This document shows, piece after piece, positions 38,893 through 44,335 of a stretch of 44,335 nt of DNA. Position numbers and translations under genes: made by a program. Where the stretch lies: positions 1 through 44,335 of IMG/VR virus record IMGVR_UViG_3300033067_000620. The stretch is one strand, 5' to 3'. This stretch comes from a virus. Taxonomy: Duplodnaviria; Caudoviricetes. Positions within the stretch are counted from its first letter, which is position 1, and each line of letters starts with the position of its first letter. The notes under the pieces are model-generated. The model saw nothing but the letters and a program-made list of their open reading frames with translations, had not been told where the DNA came from and did not search any database.

Positions 38893-39561
38893 ATGGCTGA
38901 TTTAGTACCTGTTGTTACCCCGGTTGGAGAATTACACTATGTAAATATCTCTGGTCAAGGCAAACAGAACTATAATGAAGATGGTTACAATTATGTAGCT
39001 ACTATTAACTTAACTGGTAAAGACGCTGAAGACCTGAAAGAGGAAATTGACGAAGTTATTGGTGAAGTTGCTAAAGGTGAAAATCTTAAATCTAGAGGTT
39101 ATCGTGAACTAATGGAAGATGAGAAAGGTATTTATACTCCTACTCAGAATACAAAAGAACGTGATGCTAGTGCTAAGGCAACTGGAATTTATGCTTTTAG
39201 TTTTTCTACTGCTACTACTTTTGCAGATGGTAAAACTAAAAAGATTTCAGTATACAATTCTGCTAATCCTCCTAGCCGCATTAATCTTGGTGACAAGAAA
39301 ATCGGTAATGGTTCTAAAGGATGTATATCTGGTAAAATGCAACGGTATAAAAAGGGTAAGGATGTAGGCATTAGCTTATTTCTTAACGCTGTACAACTTG
39401 TTGACTTTAAAGAGTACGTTGATGATGCAGGATTTGCTGCTCAAGATGGTGGATTTGTTGGTGACGGAGACGGCTTTAATCCTAGTACTGCCGAAGCTGA
39501 AGTTGACAAAAAAGAAGCTGTAGCTAAGGTTGGGCAACCTAAAAAGAAGCTTAAACTTTAA
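38893..39561 (+). CDS. ssb: Single-stranded DNA-binding protein (T7 gp2.5 / DUF2815-like)
   Basis: TPVGEL.Y, IGNGSKG, GISLFLNAVQLVD..EY and acidic tail; likely start MADL after GGAG. Confidence 0.85.
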   Translation: MADLVPVVTPVGELHYVNISGQGKQNYNEDGYNYVATINLTGKDAEDLKEEIDEVIGEVAKGENLKSRGYRELMEDEKGIYTPTQNTKERDASAKATGIYAFSFSTATTFADGKTKKISVYNSANPPSRINLGDKKIGNGSKGCISGKMQRYKKGKDVGISLFLNAVQLVDFKEYVDDAGFAAQDGGFVGDGDGFNPSTAEAEVDKKEAVAKVGQPKKKLKL

Positions 39562-39564
39562 TTA

Positions 39565-39780
39565 TAGTTAGTTGCGTATTGTGCGCTCTTTGGTTTATTA
39601 AACGTAGGGCTGAATCAAGCCGGAGACCTAAGTAACTGTATATACAGTTTATAAGAGTTATAACAATAACAACAAACAGTGGCATAGCTGGATAAACATG
39701 CCGATGGTTAGTATCGTGTACGGTGAGGCGCCTCTACCACCAAAAACTAGCATAGAGGCAATTATTACCAGCCTAATAAC
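39565..39780 (+). ncRNA. Candidate structured RNA (multi-stem, tandem pseudoknots)
   Basis: GC-elevated intergenic region with several nested and crossing complementary segments. Confidence 0.5.
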
Positions 39781-39794
39781 TAAGGAATAGTAAG

Positions 39795-39965
39795 ATGAAA
39801 ATAAGTTTTAGTTTAAAACCAAAAACACCTAAGGATTACACAGATAAAGAATTACTTGCTATGTTAGCTAAAAATAAAGGAAATAAATCTCAAACAGCTT
39901 GGATGAATGGTTTTTCTTTATCTGCTTTATATAATAGATTAAATAAAATGAAAGTAGCTATATGA
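39795..39965 (+). CDS. Fis-type HTH protein (56 aa, not in ORF track)
   Basis: LAKNKGNKSQTAWMNGFSLSALYNRLNK matches the Fis/NtrC HTH pattern GN.S.AA..LG.S..TLY.KL; AAGGA RBS. Confidence 0.7.
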   Translation: MKISFSLKPKTPKDYTDKELLAMLAKNKGNKSQTAWMNGFSLSALYNRLNKMKVAI

Positions 39966-40231
39966 AAATAACTGAAATACGAGTTGAAGTTAAACGTTTA
40001 ATAGCTTTAGCTAAATATGAAAATGTAACTTATACAGTAGGAGCTACGGCAACTGTTCCAGATAACATGCCAGCTATTGAAGTATATGAAGAAACATTGG
40101 CGTTTTGCCAAGATAAAATCATGAAGGAGATGGATAGAATGGAAAAAGGTATAGAACCTAAAAAGCCTTCTAATCCTCTAGATAGTGATTCAATACCTAA
40201 CTTTAAGGCTATTGACAACTCTAAAAAGTAA
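39962..40231 (+). CDS. Hypothetical protein
   Basis: Coupled ORF; I.L.KYEN motif. Confidence 0.65.
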   Translation: MKITEIRVEVKRLIALAKYENVTYTVGATATVPDNMPAIEVYEETLAFCQDKIMKEMDRMEKGIEPKKPSNPLDSDSIPNFKAIDNSKK

Positions 40232-40240
40232 GGACTATTT

Positions 40241-40690
40241 ATGACTGCAAGACCTGGTACAGTACCATCTCGTCAACCACTACCTCTTAAAGCTGTTTCT
40301 AAAGTAGGAAGTATTAATCTTCCTGACGATGATAATGAAGATATAGTTAAAATTGAAGAAGGTGCTGTTGATAAAGCAAAACTTCTTACAGAAGATGAGC
40401 TTAATGATATACTAGCTAATTCACCTGCTCCATTAGTTACAAAAGAATATATGAAAGCTCGTGTAACTAATATTGAGTTTACTCGTCTTAAAGGTACAAC
40501 TACTCATTGTCAAATTACACTAGATAATGATTTTAGTTTTTCTGGTGAATCTGCTTGTGTTAATCCAGAAAACTTTGAAGAAAGTGCAGGACAAAAGCTT
40601 GCTTATGATAATGCTTTTAGCAAAATGTGGTCTTATTTTGGATTCCTACTAGCTGAAAAGAATTTTCTTAACAAATCAAAAACTGAATAG
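40241..40690 (+). CDS. Phage N4 gp49 / Sf6 gp66 family protein (candidate nucleotide-signal sponge)
   Basis: T.CQITLDNDFSFSGESACVNPENFEESAGQKLAYDNAFSKMW..FGFLL family signature. Confidence 0.8.
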   Translation: MTARPGTVPSRQPLPLKAVSKVGSINLPDDDNEDIVKIEEGAVDKAKLLTEDELNDILANSPAPLVTKEYMKARVTNIEFTRLKGTTTHCQITLDNDFSFSGESACVNPENFEESAGQKLAYDNAFSKMWSYFGFLLAEKNFLNKSKTE

Positions 40691-40779
40691 TAATAAGTTC
40701 CGGATGAAATAACTTATTACTGAGTCCTGGGCAAGACTTTAAAAGGCTTTATTACTAATTTATATTAAGGAGAATTTAA

Positions 40780-41340
40780 ATGGTTGATACTTTTTATGGA
40801 ACAAAAAAAGTCATAGCTGCATCTATGACTAGAGCACAATATAATAAATATCGTGGTTGGGATTTACCTAAAGATGAAAATGGCGCCGATGAAGGCTATT
40901 TAGTTGAGTACATGGATGGTGGAAAGCCAAATATGAAAGAACATGAAGGATATGTTAGTTGGTCTCCTAAGGAGCAATTTGAAAAAGCTTACCAAAGTGC
41001 AACTTTTGACTCATTATCTTTTAGTCATGCTTTATTTGCTCTTAAAGAAGGTAAAGCAGTAGCTCGTTCTGGTTGGAATGGTAAAGGTATGTATATCTAT
41101 CTAGTTCCAGCAAATAGTTATCCTGCACAAACAAAAGTAGCAATTGACTATTGGAGTAAGCAACCAAATGTAGAATTTAAAACTCATTATGGTGATAGTC
41201 TTGCAGGTATACCAGACCAACAAATTCCTCTTGTACCTTATGGAGCCTATCTAGCTATGAAAACTGCTCAAGGTAATGTTGTACCTTGGTTAGCTTCACA
41301 AACAGATATAATTGCTGATGATTGGGCTGTTGTAAATTAA
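40780..41340 (+). CDS. SWSPK-domain protein fused to DUF2829 / Tad2-like domain
   Basis: N-terminal EGYLVEY.DG...YVSWSPKEQFEKAY; C-terminal FSHALFALKEGKAVARSGWNGKGM...VPWLASQTDIIADDW. Confidence 0.85.
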   Translation: MVDTFYGTKKVIAASMTRAQYNKYRGWDLPKDENGADEGYLVEYMDGGKPNMKEHEGYVSWSPKEQFEKAYQSATFDSLSFSHALFALKEGKAVARSGWNGKGMYIYLVPANSYPAQTKVAIDYWSKQPNVEFKTHYGDSLAGIPDQQIPLVPYGAYLAMKTAQGNVVPWLASQTDIIADDWAVVN

Positions 41341-41387
41341 TAATATATCCTAAGCATGATATAAAACTGCTATTAAGAAAGAATTTT

Positions 41388-41597
41388 ATGAATCAGAAAA
41401 GACGTGTAAGAGCCAATAATAAAGCAACTACTAAATACGAAGTTAATGGACGTTGTATTAATCAAATAACTACTGAAATTGGTAAATGGGCAAATGGTGA
41501 AATTAAATTAAGAATTTCATACATTCATGTAACTAAAGGTAAGAAATATAGGATATTACCTCCTTTATTTAATAGAGTTTTAAATATTTATAACTAA
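41388..41597 (+). CDS. Small basic hypothetical protein
   Basis: Likely start MNQKRR at 41388; the upstream part of the called ORF overlaps a pseudoknot. Confidence 0.45.
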   Translation: MNQKRRVRANNKATTKYEVNGRCINQITTEIGKWANGEIKLRISYIHVTKGKKYRILPPLFNRVLNIYN

Positions 41598-41622
41598 TAT
41601 ATACAAGTTAAGGAAATAACTC

Positions 41623-43296
41623 ATGTATTCTAAATTAACTTTACCTGATGTAGTAAAATTAGTAGACCATAGTAAACCATTAATGTTTGACACTGAAACA
41701 ATTGGTTTATATGGTAAAATACGTCTAGCTCAATTTTATCAAACTGGTTGGGAATTACCTATATTAGTTGAATATCCTAACCCTTATGAATTAGTTTCTT
41801 TATTATCAAAACAACATGTAATAATGCACAATGCTCATTATGATATAACTACAATACAAGAAAATATAGGTGGACAAGTTTGGATGCCTGAAAAGTTTGA
41901 CTGCACATTTTTATTATCTCGTTTGCATTATTTTTTACGTGAAAGCTTTAGTTTAGATTCAGTTGTAACTTATACATTAGGTTTTAATCCTTATGAAGGT
42001 ACAGATTTACAAAAGTCTGACTGGGGTGCAATAATATTATCAGAAGAGCAGTTAGAATACGCAGCAAAAGACGTAGTATATTTACAAGCTGTTTATGATG
42101 CAGTTAAAAAAGCAGAAGATGACAATAGCTATAAATTAGATATGCTATGTTTGCGTTACTGCTTAGATTTTCAAAATAATGGTATGCCTATAGATACTAT
42201 TAGGCTTGAAGATAGATATGCAACTAACACAAAAAGAATTAAAGAAATAGGTTTAACTATTAATGTTAATAGTTATCAACAAGTTAGACCTTATATTGGC
42301 TCTATAATGTCAGATGACTTAGGCTTAGCTAGATTAGCAGGTCAAGGAAATGAAAAAGCTGTTAATGTTCGTGAAACTAGGAAACTAATTAAGAATAACT
42401 CTTTTTTAACTAAGTTTCAAAATACTATGGTTGATGCAGGTCCTTACCATGTTATTAAAGGTAAGTTTAAAGTATCTGCACGCTCAGGTAGAACTACTTC
42501 AGATGACCAGAATCTTCAACAGTTACCTCGTAATCTAAAGTCTATATTTGGTTTACCAATGGATGGTGAAGAAGTAATTATATTTTCCGATTTTGCTCAA
42601 ATACAGTTACGTTGTGTTTGTGTTAAAACTGGTGATAAAACTATGGAGAAGTTATTTAGAGCTTTTGAAGATTTACATAACTTCGTAGCTAAAATGATAT
42701 TCGGTGAAAACTTTACAGAAGAGCAAAGACAAATATGTAAGACTGCAAACTTTGGTTTATTATTTGGTGCTGGTGTAGAGGTATTTATTAACATACTTTT
42801 AAAACAAGCTGGACTGTGGTTATCTATTGAAGCTGCTGAAAAAGTTAAAAGAAAATGGTCTAGCTTATGGACTGAAATAACTAATTGGCAGAAACAAGGT
42901 ATTAAAGATTGGAAAAAAGGTTTACCTTGGGAAACACCATTAGGTCGTCGTTATGTATCTAAAATGATGACTGACCAATTAGCTATGCAAATTCAAGGCT
43001 TTGAAGCTGAAGTAGCTAAGTTAGCTATGCACTATATGTTACCTAGATTAAAGTTCCTAGATGAGAGAATAAAACTAGTTAACTTTGTACATGACAGTTA
43101 TATATTTATTGGTCCTAACGAAGAAAATATATATAAAGAAGCTTCTATGATAATAGCTACTGCAATGCAAGAAGCTTGGGCTGAAATGTGTACAGAAGTT
43201 ACTATCAAAGACTTACCTATGCCTGTTAAAGTAAGGGTAGGTTGGAATTGGGGTGATATTGAAAAAGGTAAATTTATTTATGAACATATTCAGTAG
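41623..43296 (+). CDS. polA: DNA polymerase family A with 3'-5' exonuclease domain
   Basis: FDTET (ExoI), HNAHYD (ExoII), YAAKD (ExoII I), SGR, NLQQLP, DFAQIQLR (A), KTANFGLLFG (B), VHDS (C). Confidence 0.95.
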   Translation: MYSKLTLPDVVKLVDHSKPLMFDTETIGLYGKIRLAQFYQTGWELPILVEYPNPYELVSLLSKQHVIMHNAHYDITTIQENIGGQVWMPEKFDCTFLLSRLHYFLRESFSLDSVVTYTLGFNPYEGTDLQKSDWGAIILSEEQLEYAAKDVVYLQAVYDAVKKAEDDNSYKLDMLCLRYCLDFQNNGMPIDTIRLEDRYATNTKRIKEIGLTINVNSYQQVRPYIGSIMSDDLGLARLAGQGNEKAVNVRETRKLIKNNSFLTKFQNTMVDAGPYHVIKGKFKVSARSGRTTSDDQNLQQLPRNLKSIFGLPMDGEEVIIFSDFAQIQLRCVCVKTGDKTMEKLFRAFEDLHNFVAKMIFGENFTEEQRQICKTANFGLLFGAGVEVFINILLKQAGLWLSIEAAEKVKRKWSSLWTEITNWQKQGIKDWKKGLPWETPLGRRYVSKMMTDQLAMQIQGFEAEVAKLAMHYMLPRLKFLDERIKLVNFVHDSYIFIGPNEENIYKEASMIIATAMQEAWAEMCTEVTIKDLPMPVKVRVGWNWGDIEKGKFIYEHIQ

Positions 43297-43361
43297 TCCT
43301 ATGACAACAGTTTTACTAATAATTATAATATTAATTTTAATCGCTGAATAAGGAGAATAAT

Positions 43362-43565
43362 ATGGTTGCTCAAAATATTTGTCATGCTTGTGAAGATAGA
43401 TTTAATGTTGGTGATAAAGTTATAAAAGATAGTGGGGATTATAAATTTGAAGGTGTAGTTGTTGCTGCATTTTATAAGTTATCTGGTGCACCTCGTTATG
43501 TAGTAGAAGATGATAGAGGTATATTACATGTATATAGTTTTAAAAATCTTAAGCTTAGGAGTTAG
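43362..43565 (+). CDS. SH3-fold protein resembling type II (DfrB/R67) dihydrofolate reductase
   Basis: FNVGDKVIKDSGDYKFEGVVV...YVVE..G ILHVY...L aligns with R67 [20 protein letters not shown]...YAVE...GSVQIY...L; AAGGAG RBS. Confidence 0.6.
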   Translation: MVAQNICHACEDRFNVGDKVIKDSGDYKFEGVVVAAFYKLSGAPRYVVEDDRGILHVYSFKNLKLRS

Positions 43566-43566
43566 T

Positions 43567-43764
43567 ATGGAAGGGTTTGGAATGTTTGTAGCATTGCTAT
43601 TATTTTTAATAGCTATAGTTGGTTCAATGGTCTGTATAAATATAGCAGTAACTAATTATAATTTAGATAAAAATACTTGGCGTTGTACTAAAACAGAAAT
43701 AATTGGTACTTCACCTAATAAACATGAAGTCTGTTTACAATATACAAATAAGAAAGTAAACTAA
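43567..43764 (+). CDS. Small membrane protein
   Basis: AGGAG RBS before MEGFGMF; one TM helix and a periplasmic Cys pair. Confidence 0.6.
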   Translation: MEGFGMFVALLLFLIAIVGSMVCINIAVTNYNLDKNTWRCTKTEIIGTSPNKHEVCLQYTNKKVN

Positions 43765-43766
43765 TT

Positions 43767-44335
43767 ATGAAATTAGCTAACTGGGAAATAAGCCAATATG
43801 TGCCATTAATACAAAAGATTATGGCTAAAGGTGAAGCTCGTGAAACTCGCGCAGGTAAAGCCTATTCTTTATTTGGTGAAACATTAGATATAGATACTCA
43901 AGATTTTCCATTACTACGTGGTCGTAAAATGTATTATAAATCTGTATTAGGTGAATTAGCTGCAATGTTACGTGGCGCCAAAACAGTACAAGAATTTCAA
44001 GAATTTGGTTGTAATTATTGGAATGACTGGGGTGATAAAGAAGGTAATCTAATATTAGATTATGGTACTTCTTGGATAGATTTTAATGGTGTAAATCAGC
44101 TACAACAGTTAGTTGATACACTTAAAACTAATCCTAATGATAGGCGTATGATTATATCAGGTTGGCGCCCAGATAGGCTTAAAGATTTATCATTGCCTTG
44201 CTGCCATTTACTATATCAATGGTATTTAAGAGAAGGTAAATATTTAGATATGATTTGGTACCAGCGTAGTGTTGATGTTATGATTGGTTTACCTAGTGAT
44301 ATAATATTTGCAGCTATGTGGAATAAACTATTAGC
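43767..44335 (+). CDS. Thymidylate synthase-family protein, dCMP-type (N-terminal 189 codons; runs off window; not in ORF track)
   Basis: My translation: MKLANWE...FPLLRGRK..YKSVLGEL...NYWNDW...DYG..W...NQL...LKTNPNDRRMIISGW...LPCCHLLYQW...YQRSVDVMIGLPSDII. Confidence 0.92.
   Translation, partial: MKLANWEISQYVPLIQKIMAKGEARETRAGKAYSLFGETLDIDTQDFPLLRGRKMYYKSVLGELAAMLRGAKTVQEFQEFGCNYWNDWGDKEGNLILDYGTSWIDFNGVNQLQQLVDTLKTNPNDRRMIISGWRPDRLKDLSLPCCHLLYQWYLREGKYLDMIWYQRSVDVMIGLPSDIIFAAMWNKLL

Noticed and set aside
39700-39742. tRNA/tmRNA suggested by ...CTACCACCA
   Set aside because: No TTC(G/A)A T-loop, acceptor stem or anticodon arm could be built.
39681-39775. HDV-like/theta or hammerhead ribozyme
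   Set aside because: No room for P3/L3 in the HDV topology, and no CTGANGA...GAAA core.
1-44335. Integrated prophage or temperate module; alternative genetic code
   Set aside because: No integrase, CI/Cro pair, att site or host genes were seen; the standard code gives dense, intact ORFs ending in all three stop codons.

Overview
The window looks like an essentially complete, circularly permuted genome (about 44.3 kb, roughly 30% GC by eye) of a podovirus-type dsDNA phage. Its host is probably Gram-negative, because it encodes an i-/o-spanin pair. A thymidylate-synthase-family gene runs off the right end (from 43767) and resumes in the same frame at position 1. Layout: (i) + strand nucleotide metabolism and replication genes (1-5567: NTP pyrophosphohydrolase, deaminase fusion, 5'-3' exonuclease, SF2 helicase, ligase, VRR-NUC nuclease); (ii) - strand lysis and virion module (5689-26379); (iii) + strand RHH regulator, terminase, a 1.2 kb non-coding region, early genes, DenV, primase-helicase, Dda-like helicase, SSB, candidate anti-defence sponges and a family A DNA polymerase (26529-44335). 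No integrase, tRNA or CRISPR array was seen. The strongest candidate for a new system is a cytosine-directed nucleotide pathway. The TS homologue has Asp at the Asn177 specificity position (the dCMP-type signature), lies next to a DfrB/R67-like mini-DHFR, an NTP-PPase and a deaminase-DUF5664 fusion, and the polymerase has substitutions at the steric-gate Glu and its Tyr partner. Other highlights are a perfect chromosomal parS site with no parAB genes, a Fur-box-like palindrome, a dispersed family of large-loop hairpins, a family of H-type RNA pseudoknots, Tad2-like and gp49/66 sponge candidates, and strong GATC avoidance. All family assignments come from motif recognition by eye, not from database searches.
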